A stretch of 15,173 nt of DNA from a bacterium (GTDB lineage: Bacteria > Zhuqueibacterota > Zhuqueibacteria > Oceanimicrobiales > Oceanimicrobiaceae): assembly GCA_046758365.1 (NCBI GenBank), contig JBHIAC010000080.1, forward strand, positions 1 to 15,173. The letters run 5' to 3'. The translations under genes and the position numbers were made by a program. Shown one piece after another: positions 6,754-15,173 of the stretch. Every line of letters starts with the position of its first letter. Position 1 is the first letter of the stretch. The notes beneath the pieces were generated by a model. That model did no database searches, was not told the DNA's origin, and worked only from the letters and a program-made list of their open reading frames with translations.

Positions 6754-7098
6754 TCAGAACCTCTTCAGCGCCTCAGCCTCACTTCCGAAATGGTCCATAT
6801 ATTTGGTAATGCCAACCATACTAAAAATTTTTTGAAAGTGTTCGGAAAGTCCCCACGCCCGAAGGGTTTGCCCCCTTTTGCGGCTCTCAGTCAGAATTCC
6901 TATAATGATGGCCATACCGGCGCTGTTTATGTAAGATACTTGCTCAAAATTCAAACCAATCTTTTTTAAGCCATCTTTAGTAAAGTTTTCATAGGCATCC
7001 TGAATAACTTTTTCAGAAAAGCTGGTCACCTCACCACGAATATCCATAATGCCAATTTTTTTTTGCACCCTTGTCTCTACCTTGGTGGTCTGTTCCAT
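6754..7098 (-). CDS. STAS-domain anti-sigma factor antagonist (SpoIIAA/RsbV-like)
   Basis: IMDIRGEV, LNFEQVSYINSAGMAII (phosphorylatable Ser), QKIFSMVGI, SEAEAL. Strong SD GGGAGG before ATG 7098; the track starts at 7113. Confidence 0.92.
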   Translation of the reverse strand: MEQTTKVETRVQKKIGIMDIRGEVTSFSEKVIQDAYENFTKDGLKKIGLNFEQVSYINSAGMAIIIGILTESRKRGQTLRAWGLSEHFQKIFSMVGITKYMDHFGSEAEALKRF

Positions 7099-7128
7099 CG
7101 ATCCCTCCCTCATAATTAATCTGAAAAA

Positions 7129-7157
7129 ATGGTACCTTATTCTAAATCTATTGTAAA
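7129..7157 (-). promoter_or_regulatory. Sigma-70-type promoter TTTACA-N17-TACCAT for the STAS gene
   Basis: -35 at 7157-7152, -10 at 7134-7129. Confidence 0.5.
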
Positions 7158-7208
7158 AACTTAGATCTAAGCGTAAGAGTATTTGTAATAAGAATAATGC
7201 GAACTATA

Positions 7209-8492
7209 TCAAACCAGGTCATCAAGTATCTTTGCTAATCTATTAGTAAGATGTTTCCTTTCGTAAAATAAAATTTCGTTTTTGTGAAGCTTTTTTATAG
7301 ATTTTTGTTTAAACAGGTAAAAATATTTTAGTACAGTTTGCTCAATGACTGCTAAATCATCGTGACTAGTTATCACCACTTCGGTTGTTTGTTTCAGAAT
7401 CCCAGCCCCTTCTACTTCTGGGCCAACAATCAATATAGGATTTCCAGAAGCTAAATACTCAAAGGTTTTGCCTGGAATAAAATCATCACTGGCCCACACA
7501 GCAATTGGATATAATAATAGGTCGGCACGCAATATTTCTTTTAAAGCCTCACGATGACAAACATAACCCAATAGTCTAACCACCCCATCTAATTCAAATT
7601 GATGTATCGTTTCTTTCGCATTTCCATCCCAATCTATGCCAATCAATTTCACCAAAATTTCATCTCTTAAATCTGGGTGATTTTTAAATAAGTGGCTCAG
7701 ACTTTCCAGGAAGCTATTTAGTGGAGTTATAGAAGTCATGGCCCCACAAAATGTAACTGTAAATTTATTATTGCGATGTAAATCTTTAAAATTTGAAATG
7801 TCTTCATAATCGAAGCCGTTTGTTAGGACCAAGAATTTAGATTCTTGTACAGGAACTTTGTATTTGAAATATTCCACTAACTTTTGAGAGACGCTTATTA
7901 CTCTATCAGCTTTTGTTAAGACAATTTTTTCTAATTGCCGATTAATCCATTTATGAAAAATTGTCGGTTCATATTGAAAATTTCCTCCTGACCAGCCATC
8001 CCTAAAGTCAGCCGTCCAGGAAATACCCGCAAGCCTTTTCAATAATAGTCCTGCTAAATGAATAGAATGAGGTGGTGAAGTGGTTAGAAGGCAATTTATA
8101 CTTTCTTTTTTAATCAGCTTTAATGCTTGTAAAAATGCGAATGGAATCCACAGCAATTTTGAATCTGGAATAAGAATCCACGTAACTATCTTATTAAATT
8201 TCTGCCACTTTTTTTTAGTAAAAACATGATTATTAAACTCAGCTTTTGATTTTTTAAAAGACAACTTGCTTAATAGCCGTTGTGGGTCCAGAGAGCCCGT
8301 ACGATAAATTTTAGTAAATTTGATATCTTCTAAAAGAGTCGGGTCTTTTGCATAATAGGCCACGTCTTTAACAGTAACCACATAAGGAATCCAACCAAAT
8401 TGTGGCAGATATTTTACAAATTTCGCTGGCCGTTGAGTACCCCCCATGCCCAGAGGAGGAAAATAGTATGCTAAAATTAAAATCTTTCTCAA
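7209..8492 (-). CDS. Glycosyltransferase family 4 (GT-B fold)
   Basis: ILAYYFPP..GG, TTSPPHS, ADFRDGW, TNGFD, IPGKTFEYLASGNPIL. TTG start. Confidence 0.92.
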   Translation of the reverse strand: MRKILILAYYFPPLGMGGTQRPAKFVKYLPQFGWIPYVVTVKDVAYYAKDPTLLEDIKFTKIYRTGSLDPQRLLSKLSFKKSKAEFNNHVFTKKKWQKFNKIVTWILIPDSKLLWIPFAFLQALKLIKKESINCLLTTSPPHSIHLAGLLLKRLAGISWTADFRDGWSGGNFQYEPTIFHKWINRQLEKIVLTKADRVISVSQKLVEYFKYKVPVQESKFLVLTNGFDYEDISNFKDLHRNNKFTVTFCGAMTSITPLNSFLESLSHLFKNHPDLRDEILVKLIGIDWDGNAKETIHQFELDGVVRLLGYVCHREALKEILRADLLLYPIAVWASDDFIPGKTFEYLASGNPILIVGPEVEGAGILKQTTEVVITSHDDLAVIEQTVLKYFYLFKQKSIKKLHKNEILFYERKHLTNRLAKILDDLV

Positions 8493-8605
8493 AGTAGGAA
8501 CCTAATTTTTCAATGGAATTTCCTATTAACCACCGTAAGCTCGAAAGGGTTTGTTAAAAAAATCGTCCATTCAACAGTAATTTTTTGGAAAAAATAATCT
8601 CCTGT

Positions 8606-9676
8606 TCAGCCGACACTAATGAGCTCCCTGCGAACTGGGTTTAAATTCTCAATCCCTTCTTTCGTCATCACGAAATTATCTTCAATGCGAACACCGCCAA
8701 TTTCTGGGAGATACACGCCGGGCTCTAAGGCAATTACATTTCCTACTTCCAAAGGGTCGTTACTCAATTCCCCTATCCGCGGCAGCCCATGTACTTCCAA
8801 TCCCAAACCATGTCCTAATGAATGCATAAAGAATTGTGCGTAACCGTGTTGTTTCAAATAATCTCTGGCAACCCCATCCAAATTCTTTCCGATAATCCCT
8901 GGTTTGGTTGCTGCTTCCGACATGTGTAAAGCTTCAATCACAACTTCTGTCATTTCTTTCTGTTTGTGTGACGGTTCTCCCATTACTATTGTCCGGGTAA
9001 AGTCCGCCGCATAGCCATTTACCACCGCCCCAAAATCCAAAATCACCAAGTCGCCCAGTTGAAGCCGCTTAACTGATGAGGCGCCATGCGGCAAGGCAGA
9101 GCGAGTTCCACTGACAACCATAGGTTCAAAGGGGTCTTTTTCGCTCCCATGAAGTTTTGTTCGGTAAGATAATTCAGCCGAAATATCCAATTCACGCATT
9201 CCCGGTTTAAGTAAAGAAATAATTTCATCAAAAATTTCCCCACAAATCACAGCGGCCTTTTTTAGATTGGCAATTTCTTCAGAATCTTTCACACTGGCTA
9301 TCTTCTCCACAATTCTCTCCGAAGCTATTAATTTAACCTCAGGAAAGGTCTTTTTCAAATGAGTAAATTCTTTAACAGTAAGATGCCTGGCTTCAAAGCC
9401 CAACTTAGTTCCAGAGTTGAGGAGGTTCTCTTTCTTGAGTTCGGCCAACAAATCTTGCTTCCCAATTAGGATTTCAGCATTATGGACTTGTTGTTTTGCT
9501 TGCTGGATATAACGTCGATCGGTTACAAAAAAAGAAAGGTCGGATGTAATTAAACCAATTCCATTCGACCCTGTAAATCCGTATAAATATCTAATATTTG
9601 CCAAAGAAGTGATGAGAAAGGCATCAAGCTCAAAGTGTTCAATGCGCTTTCTTAGTCTATCAATTCTTTGGTACAT
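8606..9676 (-). CDS. M24B Xaa-Pro aminopeptidase/prolidase (YqhT/PepQ-like)
   Basis: Creatinase-N region (NIRYLYGFTGS, TDRRY) and metal ligands in LDFGA, ADFTRT, GHGLG, LEPGVY, RIEDN. Overlaps the TPR gene by 17 nt. Confidence 0.95.
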   Translation of the reverse strand: MYQRIDRLRKRIEHFELDAFLITSLANIRYLYGFTGSNGIGLITSDLSFFVTDRRYIQQAKQQVHNAEILIGKQDLLAELKKENLLNSGTKLGFEARHLTVKEFTHLKKTFPEVKLIASERIVEKIASVKDSEEIANLKKAAVICGEIFDEIISLLKPGMRELDISAELSYRTKLHGSEKDPFEPMVVSGTRSALPHGASSVKRLQLGDLVILDFGAVVNGYAADFTRTIVMGEPSHKQKEMTEVVIEALHMSEAATKPGIIGKNLDGVARDYLKQHGYAQFFMHSLGHGLGLEVHGLPRIGELSNDPLEVGNVIALEPGVYLPEIGGVRIEDNFVMTKEGIENLNPVRRELISVG

Positions 9677-10781
9677 TCTTGGATTCTGCTAACTTCTGTT
9701 TAAGCATTTCGATTTTTTGTGCATAAACTTCATTTTCAGGGTGTTTCTTCAGTAACCTTTCAAAAACATCAATGGCTTTAGCATATTGCCCTTGTGCCGC
9801 ATAAATTTCACCTAAGGTTGGGGTAACTATTTTTTCACCTTCAGACTTTTTGTGTGTAACAGATTCGGAAAATTTTTCTGAGGCTTCATTAGGTACGGAT
9901 GGAGATGGGGGTGTAATTTGTTGCCCAGTATTGTTTAAATTCGGTTGAATTTCAGATTCATCAAATTTTGATTTTACCGATTCCGAGTCTGATTCAGAAT
10001 GGCCAGTTTCTTCTTCAGAACTTTGAAGTCCAGCTAAGAAACTATCAGTGTCTTTTTGAATTTCTGAGATTAAATCATCTTCAGATGAGGTTTGATCTGA
10101 ACTTTTCGATGGGGTAGTGGTTTCATCATCCACAACTTCATCTTTAAAAATATCATCCAGGATATATGAAAATTCCTCGGCCTTTTTTTCGTCCATTTCA
10201 GGTTCTTGTTCATCCAATTGAGTAGTAGTCTGTTTTTCTTGATCTTCGCCTTCTTGAAAAAGTAAATCTTCCTCTTCTGAACTAACGCTTATAGGACCAA
10301 CCGCCTCAAATTCCTTGTCAGATTTTTGAAATTCAGAATCAAAAGAATCCAATTCCTCAGGGGTAGGTTCGCCTTCGATAACATATTCACCAACCATACT
10401 TTGTGCCGTTTCATCGAGAGGATCAATTTGTAATATTTTTTTATAACTCATTTCGCAAGTATTTTCCCAACCAATTTCCCGCATTAAGTCACCATAATAC
10501 TTATGGGCAGCAAGATATTTGGGATCAAAAAGCAGCACTCTCTTAAATTCTTTTTCCGCTTGGTCATATAGTTTTTTTGCCAAATAACATTTCCCCAAAA
10601 TCAAATGACCGGTCACATAATAAGGGTACTTCTTTAATCCTTTCTCACATAACTGAATCGCCTCGTCAACTCTATTCTTTTTTAAATAGGAATCTGCTAA
10701 GCGTGCAAATAGAATAGAATCGGAATGCTTTTGAAGTTGATCTTCCAAATTTTGGTCATCCGTATTGTTTTCTGATGACAT
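9660..10781 (-). CDS. Tetratricopeptide-repeat protein with long acidic linker
   Basis: N-terminal TPRs (LADSYLKKNRVDEAIQLCEKGL; LGKCYLAKKLYDQAEKEFKRVL), a D/E/S-rich low-complexity middle, and a C-terminal TPR (TPTLGEIYAAQGQYAKAIDVFERL). No signal peptide. Confidence 0.88.
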   Translation of the reverse strand: MSSENNTDDQNLEDQLQKHSDSILFARLADSYLKKNRVDEAIQLCEKGLKKYPYYVTGHLILGKCYLAKKLYDQAEKEFKRVLLFDPKYLAAHKYYGDLMREIGWENTCEMSYKKILQIDPLDETAQSMVGEYVIEGEPTPEELDSFDSEFQKSDKEFEAVGPISVSSEEEDLLFQEGEDQEKQTTTQLDEQEPEMDEKKAEEFSYILDDIFKDEVVDDETTTPSKSSDQTSSEDDLISEIQKDTDSFLAGLQSSEEETGHSESDSESVKSKFDESEIQPNLNNTGQQITPPSPSVPNEASEKFSESVTHKKSEGEKIVTPTLGEIYAAQGQYAKAIDVFERLLKKHPENEVYAQKIEMLKQKLAESKNVPKN

Positions 10782-10838
10782 TTTTGACTCACCTACATCT
10801 GTTAAAAATATTTATTAACATTTAAATAAGATATTTTA

Positions 10839-10867
10839 AATTTAATAAAATTATAGTCTATAAGCAA
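10839..10867 (-). promoter_or_regulatory. Sigma-70-type promoter TTGCTT-N17-TAAATT for the TPR and peptidase genes
   Basis: -35 at 10867-10862, -10 at 10844-10839. Confidence 0.55.
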
Positions 10868-10881
10868 CAATTTTCTTGCCA

Positions 10882-11415
10882 TTACCATCCAGATACAGAT
10901 TTATTAAGTATTTCATTAGCAATTTTTTCAACAGCTTCGTCAATTCCTTTTTCTCGACTTTGAGGTCCTTCATCTGGATTAAAAGTACCCCATTGGGTGA
11001 TATCCTCTTCCCATATTAATTTTCTTTTTTTAAGATCTTCATATTTCACTTTTACGGTTATGTAGATTTTAATATCCTGCACTCTTTCATCGCTGGTAAA
11101 AGCCCCAGCGCGATCAGTGATACGAAGAATAGTACCTTCGATAATGGAATCGGAATTTCGGCGGTCAGTTATTTTAAGGGTATTGTCTCGAGTAAATTCA
11201 TTAATTACCGCATCCGTTAGTTTTTCTTTAACGCCAAATTCAGAAGTTTGGTCTTGAAAAATTGGAATGGATACCGTTCTTATATGGGAGGCACCAGAAC
11301 TGGAAAACGAATAGGGTCCACAAGCATTTATATATGTAAAAACAAGCAATAAAGTATAGACCAATGCATGGCTTTGTATGACCAAGAGTTTTTTAAATTT
11401 AAAAAGGTAAATCAT
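10882..11415 (-). CDS. lptE: LptE-family (LPS assembly) lipoprotein
   Basis: Basic n-region, hydrophobic stretch and lipobox-like INA-C, then [42 protein letters not shown] and terminal W, as in FCB-group LptE-like proteins. ATG 11415 (17-nt overlap with the upstream gene) is preferred over 11448. Confidence 0.8.
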   Translation of the reverse strand: MIYLFKFKKLLVIQSHALVYTLLLVFTYINACGPYSFSSSGASHIRTVSIPIFQDQTSEFGVKEKLTDAVINEFTRDNTLKITDRRNSDSIIEGTILRITDRAGAFTSDERVQDIKIYITVKVKYEDLKKRKLIWEEDITQWGTFNPDEGPQSREKGIDEAVEKIANEILNKSVSGW

Positions 11416-12550
11416 ATTCTTTAATTTTCCTATAAAGGGTTCTTTCACTAATTCCTAAAGTTTTTGCTGCTTTGCGTTTACTGCCGCCTGACTTTTCCAA
11501 TGCTCGATTTATCATATATCGTTCAATTTCTTCTAAAGTTTTACCGTCAAAATCAAATTCTTCATGGATGTCATTTTCGTGAACGGCCTCAGAAGTTCGA
11601 GGCAGCACCTCGGAGTAGTAAGGAAGCGATTTAGGTCTTCTCTCAGAGTATAAGTTTTGAACGATAAGCTCTCGCAACTGAGAAATCTCTGATTTTAAAT
11701 CCAGCAGGGCATGATAGATAAATTCACGTTCAACTTGTTCTGATGTCCGATGTGTTGGTACAGGGAGATTGCGGTCCATAGTGCTAAAAGGCTTCAAATA
11801 TTTGGACAACGCAAATTCATCTATTGTTTTTCCTTTCTCGAGGACAATTACGCTTTCCACTAAATTTTTTAATTCTCTGACGTTTCCAGGCCATGTGTAA
11901 TCATCCATCATTCTCAAGGCTGTTTCTGTAAAGCCGTCAAATTCAATTTTATTTTCTCTACAAAAGTCATTAGAAAATTTTCTGACCAATAATCGAATGT
12001 CTTCCCTTCGTTCCCTTAAAGAAGGTATTTTAATATTTACAGCATTTAAACGGTAATACAAGTCCTCACGGAATTCACCTACTTGTACAGCCCTCTCCAA
12101 ATCTTTATTGGTCGCAGTGATTACTCGCACATCCACGGTTTGAACTTTAATACCTCCTACCCGCATGAATTCTTTTCCTTCGAGGACTCGTAATAGCTTC
12201 ACTTGCGTGGCTATCGGCATCTCACCAATTTCATCTAAAAAAATAGTGCCCGTATCGGCCAGTTCAAAATATCCTTTGCGTGCTCCAATTGCTCCTGTGA
12301 ATGCACCTTTCTCGTGACCAAATAGTTCAGATTCCAAAATTCCTTCCGGAATAGCACCACAATTTACCACAACCAGAGGATTATTGCTTCTTCGACTTTG
12401 GGAATGAATTGCCTGGGCCACCAACTCCTTACCGGTCCCGCTTTCTCCTACAATTAGCACAGATATATCTGTAGGGGCCACCTGTTTAATGGTTAACAAA
12501 ATTTGCTGAATGGCAAAAGACTCTCCAATGATTCCAAAATTTTCCTTCAT
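11399..12550 (-). CDS. Sigma-54 enhancer-binding protein (AAA+ plus Fis-type HTH) with no N-terminal regulatory domain
   Basis: Walker [24 protein letters not shown], Walker [50 protein letters not shown]. The AAA+ domain starts at about residue 5 and the upstream gene ends 8 nt away. Confidence 0.95.
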   Translation of the reverse strand: MKENFGIIGESFAIQQILLTIKQVAPTDISVLIVGESGTGKELVAQAIHSQSRRSNNPLVVVNCGAIPEGILESELFGHEKGAFTGAIGARKGYFELADTGTIFLDEIGEMPIATQVKLLRVLEGKEFMRVGGIKVQTVDVRVITATNKDLERAVQVGEFREDLYYRLNAVNIKIPSLRERREDIRLLVRKFSNDFCRENKIEFDGFTETALRMMDDYTWPGNVRELKNLVESVIVLEKGKTIDEFALSKYLKPFSTMDRNLPVPTHRTSEQVEREFIYHALLDLKSEISQLRELIVQNLYSERRPKSLPYYSEVLPRTSEAVHENDIHEEFDFDGKTLEEIERYMINRALEKSGGSKRKAAKTLGISERTLYRKIKEYDLPF

Positions 12551-12558
12551 GGTATAAA

Positions 12559-13479
12559 TTATAATTGATTTCTGAAATATTCTACTGTGTTTTTAAGTCC
12601 TTGGTTCAATTCTATCTCAGGTTTCCAACCAAGATATTTTTCTGCTTTTGAATAAGAAAGACAGCTTCGAAGCTGTTCACCAGCTTTGGCTGGTCCATGA
12701 AATTCCTCCTTTGCTACTCCTGTGATTTCATTAATCAACTTAAAAATTGTATTAACATCGGTTTCAACCCCTGTACCAATATTAAAAATGTCACATTTTG
12801 AATAATCCAAGGTTATGATATTGGCTCGAACCAAATCGCCTACATATACATAATCCCGGGTTTGCTTACCATCGCCATTTATCGTAGGTTGCTCCCCCAT
12901 CAATAATTTATTAGTAAAAATTGCTACCACACCTGCTTCACCATGAGGATTTTGTCTTGGTCCGTATACATTAGAATAACGAAGAGTCACATAAGGCAAG
13001 CCATAGACTTCCTTGTAATAATGGAGATATTTCTCTCCCGTCAGTTTGGTAATTCCATAAGGAGAGAGCGGCCAGGTAGGATGTTCTTCATCTGCTGGAA
13101 AATAATCTTGTTCGCCGTATACAGCACCGCCTGTTGAGGCAAAAATAAACTTCTTTACTTTATATTTAACACAATATTGAAGTAAGTTTAGGGTTCCGAT
13201 TACATTTACTTGGGCATCGAACTTGGGATCCGAAACCGACTTCCGAACGTCCATTTGGGCAGCATGATGATTCACTACATCGAAGTGATATTCGGCAAAA
13301 ATATCTCCGATCTGGTCGTTTTGAATATCAAGTTGAAAAAATTTGGCTTTGGGATTTATATTTTCTTTCCGACCCATGGAAAGATCATCAACAACAACGA
13401 TATCATGATCTAGGCGGATGTAAGCATCGACGATGTGGGAACCGATAAATCCAGCTCCGCCGGTGACTAATATTTTCAT
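12559..13479 (-). CDS. NAD-dependent nucleotide-sugar epimerase/dehydratase (UDP-glucose 4-epimerase-like extended SDR)
   Basis: [22 protein letters not shown], catalytic [24 protein letters not shown]. Confidence 0.95.
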   Translation of the reverse strand: MKILVTGGAGFIGSHIVDAYIRLDHDIVVVDDLSMGRKENINPKAKFFQLDIQNDQIGDIFAEYHFDVVNHHAAQMDVRKSVSDPKFDAQVNVIGTLNLLQYCVKYKVKKFIFASTGGAVYGEQDYFPADEEHPTWPLSPYGITKLTGEKYLHYYKEVYGLPYVTLRYSNVYGPRQNPHGEAGVVAIFTNKLLMGEQPTINGDGKQTRDYVYVGDLVRANIITLDYSKCDIFNIGTGVETDVNTIFKLINEITGVAKEEFHGPAKAGEQLRSCLSYSKAEKYLGWKPEIELNQGLKNTVEYFRNQL

Positions 13480-13621
13480 ATTAAATTCCTTTTCATTTTA
13501 ACCTTAAAAGCGTCCTGCTTACTTGATTAGAAAATGTGTTATGCAACCCCTAACCAGGACAAGCCAGAGTCAAATAAGCTTTATGATTACAAATAAATTC
13601 AAAGTTTCAATGACCAGATGA

Positions 13622-13717
13622 CTAAAACGATTTTGATTTTTCAATGAAAGAGGAAAATATCTTCTTTATCTCTTTGGCTTCTTTAAAAAGTATGATTCCT
13701 TGCCCAAAAAGCAACAC
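13622..13717 (-). pseudogene. Probable 3' remnant of a four-helix-bundle protein gene (23S rRNA IVS/S23-like family)
   Basis: Reads (V)LLFGQGIILFKEAKEIKKIFSSFIEKSKSF*. It resembles, from recall, the ExxELKKIFSSIIEKSK type of C-terminus in that family. Only 31 sense codons, no SD. Confidence 0.5.
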
Positions 13718-13719
13718 TT

Positions 13720-15006
13720 TTATTGGTAAGCGCCTAAATGGTGAAAAGCTTTCATTCCGATGTCTTTACGGTAATAAGCTTTATCAAAAGTAATTTTTCC
13801 AACCGCCCAATACGCTTTCTCACGAACAGCATAAAAATCGTCAGCACAAGCAGTAACTCCTAACACCCGACCTCCGTTGGTGACTAAATAACCTTTTTCA
13901 TTTAATTTAGTACCAGCATGAAAAATAACAATATCTTTCCCAAACTCTTTTTCCAATCCAAATATCTTTTTCCCTTTTTCATAGGCACCAGGATAACCAC
14001 CAGAGGCAATAATAACACACAATGCCCATTTCTTTTCTATTTGAATCTGCGAGTCAAAGGGTTTACCTTGGGCAATTCTGTACATGGCATCTACTACATC
14101 ACCTTTAACTAAAGGCAGAACCACCTGGGCTTCCGGGTCTCCATATCGGCAGTTAAACTCGACTACTTTGGGCCCATCAGAAGTAATCATTAGACCTACA
14201 TATAAAACCCCGCGGTAAGGCCGATTTTCTAATGCCATAGCTTTAATAGTGGGCTCGATAATCTCTTCACGCACGCGGGTTAACATATCTCTATCAACAA
14301 CTGGGGCTGGTGCATAGGCGCCCATTCCACCCGTGTTTGGTCCTTCATCATTGTCGAAAATTGCTTTGTGATCCTGAGCTGGCGGTAAAATGGCAAAATT
14401 CACACCATCAGTTATAGCCAGAACCGAAGCTTCCTCACCCATCATAAATTCTTCCACAATAACTTTATTACCTGCTTCTCCAAATATTCTCTGAACCATG
14501 ATCTTATCCAGAGCCGCCAATGCTTGTTCTTTGGTCTGGCAAACAAAAGTGCCTTTTCCTGCTGCCAAACCATCGGCTTTGATGACCATTGGATAGTCTA
14601 TTTCTTTGAGATAGTTTTGTGCCTCTTTAATCTTATCGAATACAATGCAATCAGCGGTGGGGATTTTATATTTATCGAGTAAATACTTTGCAAAAACCTT
14701 ACTGCCCTCAATTTCTGCAGCTTTTTTTGAAGGACCAAATATACTCAAGCCTTGCGATTCGAATTCATCCACGATTCCATTAACCAACGGTCCTTCTGGC
14801 CCGACCACCGTGAGATCAATCTCTTTTTCTCGAGCTAAATTCAAAAGACTGTTAATATTGGATGCAGAGATATCCACACATTTAGCTAACTGACCAATTC
14901 CTGGATTGCCTGGGGCACAATACACTTTCTTAACTAACGGACTCTGGTTAATTTTCCATACCAGAGTGTGTTCCCGGCCGCCTTCTCCAACAACAAGAAT
15001 TCTCAT
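13720..15006 (-). CDS. purD: Phosphoribosylamine--glycine ligase (GAR synthetase)
   Basis: GGREH, APGNPG, VVGPEGPL, EGSKVFAK, KADGLAAGKG, QDHK, GPNTGGMGAY, EFNCRYGDPE, FHAGT, TNGGRVL. SD GAGG. Confidence 0.98.
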   Translation of the reverse strand: MRILVVGEGGREHTLVWKINQSPLVKKVYCAPGNPGIGQLAKCVDISASNINSLLNLAREKEIDLTVVGPEGPLVNGIVDEFESQGLSIFGPSKKAAEIEGSKVFAKYLLDKYKIPTADCIVFDKIKEAQNYLKEIDYPMVIKADGLAAGKGTFVCQTKEQALAALDKIMVQRIFGEAGNKVIVEEFMMGEEASVLAITDGVNFAILPPAQDHKAIFDNDEGPNTGGMGAYAPAPVVDRDMLTRVREEIIEPTIKAMALENRPYRGVLYVGLMITSDGPKVVEFNCRYGDPEAQVVLPLVKGDVVDAMYRIAQGKPFDSQIQIEKKWALCVIIASGGYPGAYEKGKKIFGLEKEFGKDIVIFHAGTKLNEKGYLVTNGGRVLGVTACADDFYAVREKAYWAVGKITFDKAYYRKDIGMKAFHHLGAYQ

Positions 15007-15030
15007 TCTTACCTCATTTCTATATTTTCA

Positions 15031-15173
15031 TTACAGTTTGCCCACAGATCTTTGTACAATCAAACCTAAGAGAAGCGCGATTAGCATGCTTAACATGGTT
15101 CCAGCCAGAAAGTATTCAGCAAATTCCTTCTCCTTTTGCATTCTCTCATATCGGGCAATAGACTTCATGGTTA
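15031..15173 (-). CDS. 3' end of a DUF3307-like membrane protein, truncated by the window edge
   Basis: Manual translation ...TMKSIARYERMQKEKEFAEYFLAGTMLSMLIALLLGLIVQRSVGKL*, carrying the KSIxR...AEYxLxGTxLS signature and a terminal TM helix. Not in the ORF track. Confidence 0.75.
   Translation of the reverse strand, partial: TMKSIARYERMQKEKEFAEYFLAGTMLSMLIALLLGLIVQRSVGKL

Noticed and set aside
13541..13556. Sigma-54 promoter TGGTTAGGGGTTGCAT upstream of the epimerase-activator genes
   Set aside because: GG-to-GC spacing is 9 nt, whereas sigma-54 strictly needs 10.
2634..14893. Short track ORFs 2634-2876, 6021-6251, 8619-8843, 9043-9243, 12943-13137, 13210-13413, 13918-14112, 14645-14893
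   Set aside because: All lie wholly inside well-supported genes, on the opposite strand or in another frame, and show no family motifs.

Overview
AT-rich bacterial chromosomal window of mostly housekeeping and cell-envelope genes, nearly all on the minus strand. Gene content and order suggest an FCB-superphylum organism, possibly KSB1/Calditrichota-like (inference). In transcription order (right to left): 3' end of a DUF3307-like membrane protein, purD, NAD-dependent sugar epimerase, sigma-54 enhancer-binding ATPase with no sensor domain, LptE-like lipoprotein, acidic TPR protein, M24 Xaa-Pro peptidase, GT4 glycosyltransferase, STAS anti-anti-sigma factor, HAD hydrolase, aldo/keto reductase, one plus-strand exported coiled-coil ORF, a multidomain N-acetylmuramoyl-L-alanine amidase, queF, queC and a DUF1684 protein. 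I saw no CRISPR array, rRNA, tRNA or intact mobile element. The most unusual part is non-coding, at 4052-4376. It holds a structured minus-strand RNA with its own promoter in front of the amidase, matching no family I recognise, and next to it a terminator preceded by two anti-Shine-Dalgarno motifs (candidate sRNA). Two other spacers carry apparent scars of small accessory elements: a four-helix-bundle gene remnant at 13622-13717 and an inverted 8-mer repeat array at 241-302.
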